58,789 nt of DNA, taken from positions 124,001 through 182,789 of the forward strand of contig CAZBBK010000003.1 in NCBI GenBank assembly GCA_964490075.1, read 5' to 3'. This DNA is from an uncultured Gemmatimonadota bacterium (GTDB lineage Bacteria > GCA-2686955). The translations under genes and the position numbers were made by a program. Shown here piece by piece: positions 1 through 10,007 of the stretch (positions are counted from its first letter, which is position 1; each line of letters begins with the position of its first letter). The notes beneath the pieces are model-generated. The model ran no database searches. It was not told where the DNA came from and was given only the letters and a program-made list of their open reading frames with translations.

Positions 1-2
1 TC

Positions 3-188
3 GGTGCCCTCCATGGAATCGCCGAGATCGAGCGCATGGTGGGTGCCGACACTTTGCGCTACCTGTCGATCGAGGGCATGAAGAGGGCGATCGCAGCCGC
101 GGGGGGGCTGTGCACCGCCTGCTTCGACCGCCACTACCCCGTGCCGATCGTGGAGCCGCTCGAGAAGGGGATTCTCGAGCGCAGCTGA
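3..188 (+). CDS. purF: Amidophosphoribosyltransferase, C-terminal fragment (runs off the window start)
   Basis: Translation GADTLRYLSIEGM...LCTACFDRHYP matches the PurF C-terminal GADSLxYLS...CxACF motif; stop TGA at 186-188. Confidence 0.85.
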   Translation, partial: GALHGIAEIERMVGADTLRYLSIEGMKRAIAAAGGLCTACFDRHYPVPIVEPLEKGILERS

Positions 189-220
189 GGTGAGAACCTG
201 CCTGCAGGAGCCAGCATTTC

Positions 221-430
221 GTGAAGACCAGTCATTCCACCGTCGATCTACTTCCGATCGCCATCGAGCGATCCCTTTGCGATCTGTGCGGCGCCTGTGC
301 CGGCATGTGCGCGCCGGATTCGATCCACATCGACCATGCGACCATCCAGGTCGACGCCGAAAGCTGCACTCTTTGCATGAAATGTGTTCCAACCTGCCCG
401 GTCGGCGCGATCTCGGGAGGAAGGCCGTGA
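221..430 (+). CDS. 2x[4Fe-4S] dicluster ferredoxin
   Basis: CDLCGACAGMC and CTLCMKCVPTCP motifs; GTGA overlap with the next gene. Confidence 0.9.
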   Translation: MKTSHSTVDLLPIAIERSLCDLCGACAGMCAPDSIHIDHATIQVDAESCTLCMKCVPTCPVGAISGGRP

Positions 431-1614
431 TCGGCAACAGCCATTTCGACCTGGTGGTGGTCGGCGCCGGTCCCGCGGGCGCCACCGCCGCCCGTCACGC
501 CGCGCTGGACGGTGCCGAAGTGTTGCTGATCGATCGCAAGCGCGACCCCGGAACGCCCGTGCGCTGCGGAGAGGGGGTCAGTGCAGCGGGTCTGGCCCAG
601 TACGTCGACGTGCAACCATCCTGGATCTCCGCCGAGATCAAGGGCGCGCGCCTGGTCAGCCCCAATGGCAGCGCGGTCGAGGTGGCGACGCTCGGCGCCG
701 GTTACGTGCTGGAGCGCAAGATCTTCGACCGGGCGCTGATCGAGCTGGCGGCCGGGGCCGGCGCCCAGGTGGCGGCCGAGACCAACGCGCTAGGGCTGGA
801 GCGAGACGCGCGGGGGAGGATTCGCGGAGTGCGGGTGGAGCAAGGGGGCGCGCGGCGGGTGGTGCCCTGCCGAGTGGTGATCGGCGCCGACGGGGTCGAC
901 TCACGGGTCGGCCGCTGGGCCGGAATTCGTACCGACATCCGCCTGGCCGATATGGAGTCCTGCGCCCAGTACCTGGTCGCCGACTGCCACACCGAGCGCG
1001 GCTACTGCGAGTTCTATCTCGGCCGCGAGCTGAGTCCCGGCGGCTACACCTGGATCTTCCCCAAGGGGAATGGACTGGCGAACGTCGGGATGGGGGTCTC
1101 GGCGCGCTACGTCGGGCGCAGCGGCACGGTGCGCTCCTTGCTGGACCGCTTCCTGGAGCGCAGAGGGCTCAGCGCCAAGAAGCTGGGATTCACCGTCGGC
1201 GGCGTGCCGGTGGCCCACACTCTGGAGCAGATCGTCGCCGATGGCATGATGTTGGCCGGCGACGCCGCCCGCCAGGTCAACCCGATGACCGGTGGCGGGA
1301 TTCTGACCGGAATGCTCGGCGGCCGACTGGCCGGCCAGACCGCGGCCGAGGCGGTGCGCGCGGGAGACTTCTCGGACGCCTTCCTGGAGCGCTACCAGAG
1401 CCTCTGGCACGAGCAGGCGGGCAAGACCAACCGGCGTTGGTACCGCATCAAGGAGGCGGTGGGGCGGCTGCCCGATGCCACCCTCGACGACACCGCGCGT
1501 GTGTTCGAAGGCACCGATCCCGGCGAGCTGACCCTGTTCAAGATCTTCGCGCGGATCTTCCGCCGCCATCCCAAGTTGATCTGGGACATCCGGCACGTGT
1601 TCATGGGGGGGTAG
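427..1614 (+). CDS. Geranylgeranyl reductase family FAD oxidoreductase (DGGGPL reductase-like)
   Basis: GAGPAG Rossmann motif, RCGEG, PGGYTWIFPKG, GDAARQVNPMTGGGI; GTG start overlaps the ferredoxin stop. Confidence 0.85.
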   Translation: MIGNSHFDLVVVGAGPAGATAARHAALDGAEVLLIDRKRDPGTPVRCGEGVSAAGLAQYVDVQPSWISAEIKGARLVSPNGSAVEVATLGAGYVLERKIFDRALIELAAGAGAQVAAETNALGLERDARGRIRGVRVEQGGARRVVPCRVVIGADGVDSRVGRWAGIRTDIRLADMESCAQYLVADCHTERGYCEFYLGRELSPGGYTWIFPKGNGLANVGMGVSARYVGRSGTVRSLLDRFLERRGLSAKKLGFTVGGVPVAHTLEQIVADGMMLAGDAARQVNPMTGGGILTGMLGGRLAGQTAAEAVRAGDFSDAFLERYQSLWHEQAGKTNRRWYRIKEAVGRLPDATLDDTARVFEGTDPGELTLFKIFARIFRRHPKLIWDIRHVFMGG

Positions 1615-1660
1615 TCCTGCGGCCGCTCGACGTGCGTTACCATCTTCCTGGAGTCCGACC

Positions 1661-4600
1661 GTGTCCGACCGATTCCATCCCATCCCGATGAGCGAGCTCT
1701 GCCGCTGGATTTTCACCGAGCTCGAGACCCACGACTCGATCTTCGGCATCCCGCGCACTCTCTTTTTTCGTCCCCAGTGGGGCGATGCCTTCGCGACCGA
1801 GGTGTATGGACAGCGCCTGGAGACACCCTTCGGTGTTGCCGCCGGTCCCCACTCCCAGCTCGCGCAGAACATTGTCGTTGCCTGGCTCTGTGGGGCGCGC
1901 TTCATGGAGCTGAAGACGGTCCAGACTCTCGACCGGCTGGAGATATCCAAGCCCTGCATCGATATGCAGGATGTCGGCTACAATGTAGAGTGGTCGCAGG
2001 AGTTGCGGGTGCACGAGTCGCTGGACGAGTATCTGCGCGCCTTCGTGCTGATTCACGCACTGCACCGCCGACTCGGTCTGCCGGGGGAGCTCCCGGGCGT
2101 CATTTTCAACACCAGCGTTGGCTACGATCTGGCCGGGATTCGGCGCCAAAACGTGAAGGCGTTCCTGGCGGGGATGCTCGACGGCGGCGAGCTGCTCGCG
2201 CAACACATCGACACGGCGCGGCGCTTCTGTTCCGAGCTGCGCGACGTCTCCCTTCCCTCGGTCGTCTCCGACAACGTCACCCTTTCCACGATGCACGGCT
2301 GTCCGCCCGACGAGATCGGCCGCATCGCCGCGCACTTGATGGAGGAGTGGGGGCTGCACACATCCGTCAAGCTGAATCCGACCCTGCTGGGTCCGCAGCG
2401 AGTGCGTTCGATCCTGAACGACGAGCTGGGCTACACCGAGGTGGTGGTCCCCGATGCGGCTTTCGAGCACGACCCCTGTTACCAGGACGCCCTGGAGCTG
2501 ATCGGCGATTTGCGCGAAACCGCAGAGCAGCACGGCGTTCAGTTCGGAGTCAAGCTCTCCAATACTCTGGAGGTCGTGAACCACCGTACGGTGTTCGCTG
2601 CATCCGAGCAGCAGATGTACCTCTCGGGAAGACCGCTGCACGCGCTCACCGCGAACATCGCAGCCGATCTGGCGACAGAGTTCGGAGGCGAGCTGCTGAT
2701 TTCTTTCGCCGGCGGTGCCAACGCTTTCAATGCGCCCGATCTGATCGCGGCGGGAATGAGCACCGTGACCACCTGCTCCGACCTGCTGGGACCCGGCGGC
2801 TACCTGCGTCTGTTGCAGTACATCGACCACACGGCGAAGGCGATGGAGGAGCTCGGTGCGCGCGACATCGGCCAGTTCGCTTGCTTGACGGCCGAGCGAC
2901 GCGGGGCCGGAGAGGCCGCCGGCGATGCCCGCCGGGCGGCGCTCGACAATCTGCGCGCCTATGCCGCCGCGCTCGGCGCCGAACGCACGCTTCATCGAGA
3001 CACCTTCGATCGCTCACACACCAAGAACAACCGCGCACTGGAGCCCTTCGACTGCATCGAGGCCCCTTGCGCGGCTGGCTGTGCGATCGATCAGGAGGTG
3101 CCCGAGTACATGCGCGCGGTGCGCCAGGGACGACTCGCCGACGCGGTGGCGATCACCCGCTTGGACAACCAGATGGCCGCCTCTCTCGGCCAGGCTTGCG
3201 ATCACTTGTGCGAGTGGCCTTGTGTGCGCACCCATCACGACCAACCGCTGGCGATTCGCGAGATCAAGCGCTACATCATGGAGCACGAGGTTTCGGTCGC
3301 GGTGCCGCGGGAGGCGGAACGCGCGGCGCGGGAGACCCGGGTGGCGATCATCGGCGCCGGGCCTTGCGGGCTCTCGGCGGCCGGCTTTCTGGCCGAGGCC
3401 GGCTACCGGGTCGAGCTCTTCGAAGCGCACGACTACGCGGGAGGCATGGTGGCCGGGACGATTCCGCTCTTCCGTGCCTCACCCGCCGTGGTCGAGCAGG
3501 ATCTGCGGCGCATCGAGGCCCTGGGCGCGCGCATCCACACCGGTGTGGCCGCCGGCCCCGGGCTGATGCTCGGCGATCTCCGGGCGCGCGGCTTCGACTA
3601 CGTGGTGGTGGCCGCGGGGGCCCAGGTCGGGCTTCCGCTCGGGATCGAGGGTGAGGAGGGCGCCGGGGTTCTCGACGGCCTCGAGCTGCTGCGCGCGGCG
3701 CGACGGGGCAGCGCGCACGCTCTCTGCGGTCGGGTCGGCGTGATCGGCGGCGGAGACGTGGCGATGGACTGCGCGCGCACCGCGCAGCGCTTGGGCGCAT
3801 CAGAGGTTTCGATCCTCTATCGCCGCACTCGGGCCGAGATGCCGGCCCAGGACGAGGAGATCGAGGCGGTGCTGGAGGAGGGGATCGCCATCGTGGAGCT
3901 GCTGGCGCCGCGCGCGGCACGACTCGAAGGCGGACGGCTGGCCGCGCTCCAGTGCGACCAGATGCGCCTCGGCGAGCCAGACGCCTCGGGGCGCCGGCGG
4001 CCCGTCGCCACCGACCGCAGCCTCGAGCTCGGGCTCGAGGCGCTGATCGTCGCGATCGGCCAGCGACCCGACCTGAGCTTCGTCGGAGCCGAGGCGGTGG
4101 CGCTGCACGACAAGGGCTGGATCGAGGTCGATCCCGACACCATGCGCAGCTCGCTGCCCTGGCTCTATGCGGGCGGCGATGTCAGCGGTGCGGGACCGTC
4201 GAATATCGTCGCGGCCCTGGCCGATGGCCGGCGCATCGCCGACGACATCCGCCGTCGCGAGGAGGGCTACCTGCCTGCGTCGCGTCCACGGCACGAGGGC
4301 GAGCTCGCCGACCTGCTGCGCCGGCGCGCCTGGCGGGTGTGGCGTGTCGCCGTGCCACAGCGCGGCCTGGATCGGCGCGGCGGATTCGAGGAGGTGCTGC
4401 AAACACTCTCCGACACGGCGGCGGCGGCCGAGGCCGAGCGCTGCCTCGATTGCGATCTGCTCTGCTCCACCTGCGTCAGCGTCTGCCCCAACCTCGCTTT
4501 CTTCACCTACCAGGTCGCACCGGCCGAGCTCTCGCTGCCGAGCCTCGTCGTCGAGGACCGCGCTTCGGCCGCGCGTGTTGCGCACAAGCTGTCGGTGCGC

Positions 4601-5029
4601 CAGGGGCCGCAGGTCGCCGTGCTCGCCGATTTCTGCAACGAGTGCGGCAACTGCGAGACCTTTTGTCCAACCGCGGGCGCGCCATACCGCGACAAACCTC
4701 GTCTCTACCTCGATTCCGCCGAGTTCGAGCAAGAGACGGACAACGCCTTCATGCTCGAGCTCGAAGCAGAGGGTTGGAAGCTCAGAGCGCGCGTCGGCGG
4801 GGCCACGCACGAGCTGGCGGAGAAGGGCGAGATCGTCTACTCGGTGGGCGCACTACGCGCCACGCTCGATCCGAGCAACCTGGCGCTGCTCGATCTGCGC
4901 GGCGCGAATTCCCTGCCCGACGATGCGCGGCCCTCGCCGGAGACTCTCGGGCGTATGCTGGTGCTGGGCCGCGGCCTGGCGGAGTCGGCGGCGCACCTGC
5001 CCTTCGCTCGCGCGGGCAAGACAGAATGA
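1661..5029 (+). CDS. ygfK: YgfK-like Fe-S flavoprotein (annotated as putative selenate reductase subunit)
   Basis: AAGPHSQLAQN, ELKTVQTLD...KPCID...YNVEWSQEL, KLSNTL, MYLSGRPL; GltD-like NAD(P)/FAD domains; C-terminal CxxCxxCxxxCP and CNECGNC clusters. Confidence 0.88.
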   Translation: MSDRFHPIPMSELCRWIFTELETHDSIFGIPRTLFFRPQWGDAFATEVYGQRLETPFGVAAGPHSQLAQNIVVAWLCGARFMELKTVQTLDRLEISKPCIDMQDVGYNVEWSQELRVHESLDEYLRAFVLIHALHRRLGLPGELPGVIFNTSVGYDLAGIRRQNVKAFLAGMLDGGELLAQHIDTARRFCSELRDVSLPSVVSDNVTLSTMHGCPPDEIGRIAAHLMEEWGLHTSVKLNPTLLGPQRVRSILNDELGYTEVVVPDAAFEHDPCYQDALELIGDLRETAEQHGVQFGVKLSNTLEVVNHRTVFAASEQQMYLSGRPLHALTANIAADLATEFGGELLISFAGGANAFNAPDLIAAGMSTVTTCSDLLGPGGYLRLLQYIDHTAKAMEELGARDIGQFACLTAERRGAGEAAGDARRAALDNLRAYAAALGAERTLHRDTFDRSHTKNNRALEPFDCIEAPCAAGCAIDQEVPEYMRAVRQGRLADAVAITRLDNQMAASLGQACDHLCEWPCVRTHHDQPLAIREIKRYIMEHEVSVAVPREAERAARETRVAIIGAGPCGLSAAGFLAEAGYRVELFEAHDYAGGMVAGTIPLFRASPAVVEQDLRRIEALGARIHTGVAAGPGLMLGDLRARGFDYVVVAAGAQVGLPLGIEGEEGAGVLDGLELLRAARRGSAHALCGRVGVIGGGDVAMDCARTAQRLGASEVSILYRRTRAEMPAQDEEIEAVLEEGIAIVELLAPRAARLEGGRLAALQCDQMRLGEPDASGRRRPVATDRSLELGLEALIVAIGQRPDLSFVGAEAVALHDKGWIEVDPDTMRSSLPWLYAGGDVSGAGPSNIVAALADGRRIADDIRRREEGYLPASRPRHEGELADLLRRRAWRVWRVAVPQRGLDRRGGFEEVLQTLSDTAAAAEAERCLDCDLLCSTCVSVCPNLAFFTYQVAPAELSLPSLVVEDRASAARVAHKLSVRQGPQVAVLADFCNECGNCETFCPTAGAPYRDKPRLYLDSAEFEQETDNAFMLELEAEGWKLRARVGGATHELAEKGEIVYSVGALRATLDPSNLALLDLRGANSLPDDARPSPETLGRMLVLGRGLAESAAHLPFARAGKTE

Positions 5030-5054
5030 TCACAAGCGTGCTGTCCACCCCGCT

Positions 5055-6203
5055 ATGATCCGCCACCTCCAAATCCGATCATTGCCCCCGGCAGGAGAGC
5101 CATTGCCCACGCGCGCCCTCGCGGCGTCCCCGATCATCGCGATCCTCATGGCGGCGTCGACGGCCCTGTGCGCCCCTCGCGGGAGCGATTGGAGAGTGGG
5201 CGTTCTCTACGGAAGCGAGAGGGATTCGCTCCACGTCGAGCTGCACAAGGGGCTCGAGTCCGAGGCCCGGGCGATCGAAGAGAGCGCAGGGGCCTCGGGG
5301 CGCCGGGCGATGCGGCTGAACGCCAAGGCAGCCGGCCGCGGAGCGGAAGGGATCGAGCTCCAGATCGCGCAGATGCACGAGCTGATCAGCGCCGGAGTCG
5401 ATCTGCTGCTGGTTCAGCCCGCCAACAGCGCCGCTCTGGTCAAACCCTTGCGGCGCGCCAACGCCGAGGGGATTCCGGTGATCACCTTTGACGGCCAAAT
5501 CGCGGAGGGAGAGGTGGCGGCCCATGTGGGAGCCGACAACGAACGGGGCGGGCGGCTCTGCGGGGAGTTCGTCGCCGCCCGCTTCCCGGACGATTCCACC
5601 ATCCGCCTGGTCCTGGTCGAGGATCCCTACGTCTCCGGGCCGGTCGAGCGGATCAACGGCCTGCTGGCCGGTCTCGACGGGAGCGGCCAGCCGTACACCG
5701 TCGCCGCCGGCTACGGCGCCTCGGATCGGCTCGGCGGGCAGCGGGCCGCGACCGCCATGTTGCGTGATTTTCCCGACACCGGCTCGGTCGACGTGGTGTT
5801 CGCCGCCGGACCGAGGGTCGCATCGGGGATCGCGCAGCTATTGCTCGAGGCGGGGCGCCTGGAGATCACGGTGGCCGCCGTGGACGGCGATCCCGAGCTC
5901 ACCGAGCATGTCCGGGCCGGGCGGTTGACGGTGATCGACTGCGTGCAGCCCGGGCGCAAGATCGGCTCGGCGGCGGCCAGGGCGGCCTGGGCTTTGCTGC
6001 ATGGCGAGCCGGTTGCTCCAATCACGCGGCTGCCGGTCTTCCCCTTGACCCTGGAGACCGCGGACCATTTCGACACCTGGACCGGTGACCTTTCCGCGGA
6101 GCTCGATCTGCCCTGGGCGGGCCGCGAATCGAGCTCCGGCGACGCCGCGGAGGAGGCGGCGCCGGCAACCAGCGATACGTCCGCGGCAGGAGCGACAGGA
6201 TGA
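5055..6203 (+). CDS. Periplasmic sugar-binding protein (RbsB/Peripla_BP_4-like); start uncertain
   Basis: QIAQMHELISAGVDLLLVQP, ANAEGIPVITFD, VGADNERGG, VAAVDG; stop overlaps the kinase start. Confidence 0.75.
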   Translation: MIRHLQIRSLPPAGEPLPTRALAASPIIAILMAASTALCAPRGSDWRVGVLYGSERDSLHVELHKGLESEARAIEESAGASGRRAMRLNAKAAGRGAEGIELQIAQMHELISAGVDLLLVQPANSAALVKPLRRANAEGIPVITFDGQIAEGEVAAHVGADNERGGRLCGEFVAARFPDDSTIRLVLVEDPYVSGPVERINGLLAGLDGSGQPYTVAAGYGASDRLGGQRAATAMLRDFPDTGSVDVVFAAGPRVASGIAQLLLEAGRLEITVAAVDGDPELTEHVRAGRLTVIDCVQPGRKIGSAAARAAWALLHGEPVAPITRLPVFPLTLETADHFDTWTGDLSAELDLPWAGRESSSGDAAEEAAPATSDTSAAGATG

Positions 6204-8347
6204 CCGAATCGAAGATCGAACGCGACACTCGCGCCGCCATGAACTTCGACCACACGCCCCCGCGTGCCTATGCCGCGTTGATCGTGGCATTGGTACTCTT
6301 CCTCTGGGGCGGAGCCAGCTACCTCCTGCTGCGCGGTGCGGAGCGCGACCTCGATCGACTCGCCCACACCACCGCGCAGGTGATCGGCGCCGCGGCCGAT
6401 CGGGTCGGGCTCGCCGGCAACTACCACCTGCGCCTCCTGGTCGAGGGGCTGGCGCTGCGCAACCCCGACATCGCCTACGTCGCCATCGTCGATCGCGAAG
6501 GGTTGGTCATCGCCCACAGCGATCCCGGCATGAACGCCACGCTCCTCGACGATCCCGCCAGCCTCGCGGCTCTGGGGGTCCTCGATGGCTCGCGCGAGGC
6601 ACCTTGGCGGCGCCGAGTGGCGGAAGGCCGCATCGACGAAGTCGTGCTTCCCTTCACATACGGCCAGCGGATCCTGGGCGTGGTGCGGGTCGGGATCTCC
6701 CGCGAGGCTTCGATGGGCGCGGCGCGCACCGGGATCCTCTTCATCGGTGCCATGGCGCTCGTTCTCGCAGGGGTGTTTCTGGTGATCGCGCGGCGCCTCG
6801 GCACGCGCCTGAGCGCTTCGGTGGCGGGGATGCCCCGAACCCTCGGCGGGATCTTCCGCCACGCCCCCTTCGGCATCTTCGTGCTCGGCCGCAGCGGCCA
6901 GGTCCTGCGCGCCAACCGGGTCCTCTCGGAGGTGCTCGACCTGCCGGCCGGCGCCGCCGAAGGGCGCTTCCTCGACGCCCTCGCCCACCAGACCGGCGAG
7001 AACGCCCTGCTGGTGATGGCCAACCAGGTGTTCCGGGCCGCCAAGGCCAGGCACCAGGAGATCGACCTGATCGTCGACCGCGGCGTCCGGCCGGTGGCGG
7101 TGACCATGTTTCCGGTCGCCAACGATGGCTCCGGGCGCACCAGCGAGATCTGCGGCTTCGTGACCGATCTGAGCGAAGCGAAGCTGCGCGAGGAACAGCT
7201 GCGGCGCTCGCAGCGGATGGACGCCCTCGGCCAGTTCGCCGCCGGCATCGCCCATGTCTTCAACAACCTCTTCACCGGCATCCTGGGCAACGCCGAGCTG
7301 GCGCTCGCCGACGCGCCGCGGAGCTCCGAGCAGCAGGCGCGGCTGGGCGACCTCTTGCACGACGCCAACATGGCGGCGGGACTCACCGGGCGGCTGATCG
7401 ACTTCGGCCGCCAGCAGCACACGGAGCCGGTCCCGGTCGATCTCGGAGCCGCGGTGCAAGACGTGGCCTCGCTCCTGGAGCGGATCATCGGCGAACGGAT
7501 CCGCCTCGAGACCCGCTTGCTCGAGGCGCGGCCGGTCACGGTGCTCGCCGATCGGGTGCATATCGAACAGGTGATCTTGACGCTGGCGAACAACGCGCGC
7601 GAAGCGATGCCGGAGGGTGGCAAGCTCGATATCACAGTCTCGCGGGCCGAGGCCGGGCCGCGGGACGCCGCCGCGGAGGAGCCCGATGCGCCGCACGGCT
7701 GGGGGGTCCTGACCGTGTCCGACACCGGGGTCGGAATGGACGGGCGGGAACGAAAGCAGGCCTTCGAGCCCTTCTACACCACCAAAGACCCCGGACTCGC
7801 CACCGGCCTCGGTCTCTCGATGGTGCGCGAGATCGTGCACCACCACGGAGGAGAGATCGAGGTCGAGAGCCGGCGCGGGGAGGGCGCCACCTTCCGCGTC
7901 GTGCTGCCGATCGCGGTGGTGGACGAGACGCGACCCGCCGGTGAGCCGCCGCACCCCAAGGAGGTGCTCAAAGGCGAGGGCGAACGGATCCTGATCGTGG
8001 AGGACGACGCGAACGTCCGGGAGTTCTTGACCGTGGCGCTGCGACGCTCGGGATACGCCACGGTGGAGGTCGCCGACGGCGCCGCTGCGCTTGCGCTCTA
8101 CGGCCGGGAGTCGGAGCGCATCGACATGGTGCTGCTCGACGTGGTGCTGCCCGGAATGGTCGGCCCCAAGGTGCTGGATGCCATGCGCGAGATCGATCCC
8201 GGCGTGCGCGCCGCCTTCATCAGCGGCTACACAGACGACCAGCTGAAGTCCAGGAAGAGGATCGACGAGGCGGTCGATTATCAGTCGAAGCCGGTCAGTC
8301 GAGACGAGCTGCTGCGCCTGGTGCGGGGCGTGCTGGATCGGCGCTGA
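6200..8347 (+). CDS. Hybrid sensor histidine kinase/response regulator (2 TM, PAS, HisKA, HATPase, REC)
   Basis: H-box AGIAHVFNN, NAREAM, VSDTGVGM, FEPFYTTK, GLGLS; REC domain ILIVEDD...LLDVVLP...SKP. Confidence 0.93.
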   Translation: MTESKIERDTRAAMNFDHTPPRAYAALIVALVLFLWGGASYLLLRGAERDLDRLAHTTAQVIGAAADRVGLAGNYHLRLLVEGLALRNPDIAYVAIVDREGLVIAHSDPGMNATLLDDPASLAALGVLDGSREAPWRRRVAEGRIDEVVLPFTYGQRILGVVRVGISREASMGAARTGILFIGAMALVLAGVFLVIARRLGTRLSASVAGMPRTLGGIFRHAPFGIFVLGRSGQVLRANRVLSEVLDLPAGAAEGRFLDALAHQTGENALLVMANQVFRAAKARHQEIDLIVDRGVRPVAVTMFPVANDGSGRTSEICGFVTDLSEAKLREEQLRRSQRMDALGQFAAGIAHVFNNLFTGILGNAELALADAPRSSEQQARLGDLLHDANMAAGLTGRLIDFGRQQHTEPVPVDLGAAVQDVASLLERIIGERIRLETRLLEARPVTVLADRVHIEQVILTLANNAREAMPEGGKLDITVSRAEAGPRDAAAEEPDAPHGWGVLTVSDTGVGMDGRERKQAFEPFYTTKDPGLATGLGLSMVREIVHHHGGEIEVESRRGEGATFRVVLPIAVVDETRPAGEPPHPKEVLKGEGERILIVEDDANVREFLTVALRRSGYATVEVADGAAALALYGRESERIDMVLLDVVLPGMVGPKVLDAMREIDPGVRAAFISGYTDDQLKSRKRIDEAVDYQSKPVSRDELLRLVRGVLDRR

Positions 8348-10007
8348 GGGAGCGATCCCCGCCCACCCAGATCGGGCTGCTGAGCGCGCAGCCGGCTTCG
8401 TCGCCACCCGGCGGCGTCTCGCAGCGCAGCTCGGCGCGGATCCAGCCGCCATCGGGTGGAGCCTCCAAGCTCAGCTCCAGAGCGATCTCGGTGCTTCGCG
8501 CCCCTCCCGAGGCGCTCGCCACCACCGCCTCGCCGCGCCGTGGAGCCCCCATGCGCAGCAGCAACGACTCGGGTCGGCCGAGCTCTTCGGTGGAGCGCCC
8601 GCGAAGGCGCAGCCGCGCGGGAAAGTCGGGGCGCAAGAAGTCGCCAGGATCGAGCACCTTGCCCTGCTGCACGGCCTGGAGGCGCAGCGAGGGGCCGTTG
8701 CTCACGAACGAGCGGCCGGCGCGGAGGGCATCGAGCAGCGCTTCGTCTCCCAGCGGTCCGCGCAGCCCCAGAGTCGTGCGGGCGCGGGCGTAGACCTGCT
8801 CGGTGCCGAGCGAGAGGCTGATGAAGGGCAGGGCGATCGAGCGGCCGAGCGCGAAGTTGCCGTGGGCGTCGTTGCCGGCGCCGATCGGCAGCCGGTGCCC
8901 TTGGTCGAGCAGCTCGATCCAACGCGGCAATCCGCCGCGCAGACTCTTGCGCGCCACACCGTTCCAGATCTGGAGCCCGCCCAGCCCCGGAGTCGCGCAG
9001 TCGGATTCGGTCCAGAGCGCGCGGTTGAAACCGAGGCGGTTGGCGCGGCTCAGGGGATCGAAGGGATGGGCCGCATAGGCCACCGCGCCTTTGGAAGCGG
9101 TGCGCCGCAGCACCTCCGGCAGGGGGAAGGTCGGCCCGTTGTGGAACCAGAGCTCCGCCCCGTCCCCCACGCCAGGAAGGAAGCGCCGATGGCCCAGCAC
9201 CAGGAGATGCAGGTTGTGGCCGCCGGCGCCGCCGCAGGAGAGCTCCTCTCCGGGCAAGAGCCAGGCCCCGGCACCCGCCTCGTTGAGACGCCTCGCCTGC
9301 TCGTGCAGCATCCGCCACTTCGGCAGATCGGGCCGGTTCACCAGGAAATCGTCGGGATCGTCGTCCAGGTCGAAGGAGTGGTCGGTGGTGGCGGCCCAAC
9401 GGCAGCCGGCGGCGGCGGCGAAGATCGCGCTGACCTCCAGCGGCGCGCCGAACTCGACCTGGTCGTTGGTGAAATGCGTGTGGTGGTGCAGGTCGCCCGC
9501 GGCCCAGCCGGGCTCCTCCGGCAGAGCTTCGGCCGCGGCCCGGGTGTGCAGCAGGGTCGGCCAGCGGCCGTAGCTGTCGCCCCGCACCCGCACCCGCCGG
9601 CCGCGGTGGCGGCCTCCCAGCTCGCGCAGGCACACCTCGACCGCGACGGCGAGCGCTCCGCGCCGCGCCAGCGGTCCCAGCTCGACGAAGAAGATGCGAT
9701 GCTGCATCGGCTCCCGGCAGGTCCAGTTCAGGTTGCCCAGCTCGAACCCGACGCGCCGGCCGCGCGCGGCGCGCAGGTCGATCTTCACCGCCTCGACCCT
9801 CACCGGGTAGCGATGGGCGTCCTTCACCAGCACCAGGACCGGCAGCCGGTCGCCCTCCCAGCCCGGCTCCACGCGCAAGGGCACGTCGGCGATCACCTCC
9901 GGAAAGGGACGGTAGAGCAGCGAGGGGATCCGTCCGTGCCGGTAGTGGACCTCGGCGTAGAGAGCCGGGAGCAGCCAGGCGGGATCGAGGGCCGATGGCT
10001 CGATCAA
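8295..10007 (-). CDS. PHP-domain (CehA/McbA-like) metallohydrolase
   Basis: GDLHHHTHFT, TTDH, PGEE, AHP, GNDAH motifs; TTG start overlaps the upstream stop (TTGA). Confidence 0.78.
   Translation of the reverse strand: MIEPSALDPAWLLPALYAEVHYRHGRIPSLLYRPFPEVIADVPLRVEPGWEGDRLPVLVLVKDAHRYPVRVEAVKIDLRAARGRRVGFELGNLNWTCREPMQHRIFFVELGPLARRGALAVAVEVCLRELGGRHRGRRVRVRGDSYGRWPTLLHTRAAAEALPEEPGWAAGDLHHHTHFTNDQVEFGAPLEVSAIFAAAAGCRWAATTDHSFDLDDDPDDFLVNRPDLPKWRMLHEQARRLNEAGAGAWLLPGEELSCGGAGGHNLHLLVLGHRRFLPGVGDGAELWFHNGPTFPLPEVLRRTASKGAVAYAAHPFDPLSRANRLGFNRALWTESDCATPGLGGLQIWNGVARKSLRGGLPRWIELLDQGHRLPIGAGNDAHGNFALGRSIALPFISLSLGTEQVYARARTTLGLRGPLGDEALLDALRAGRSFVSNGPSLRLQAVQQGKVLDPGDFLRPDFPARLRLRGRSTEELGRPESLLLRMGAPRRGEAVVASASGGARSTEIALELSLEAPPDGGWIRAELRCETPPGGDEAGCALSSPIWVGGDRSLSADPARPAPGAAARLD

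Noticed and set aside
190-426. N-terminal extension of the 474-aa GGR ORF
   Set aside because: Overlaps the ferredoxin in another frame; the real start is GTG 427, just before the Rossmann motif
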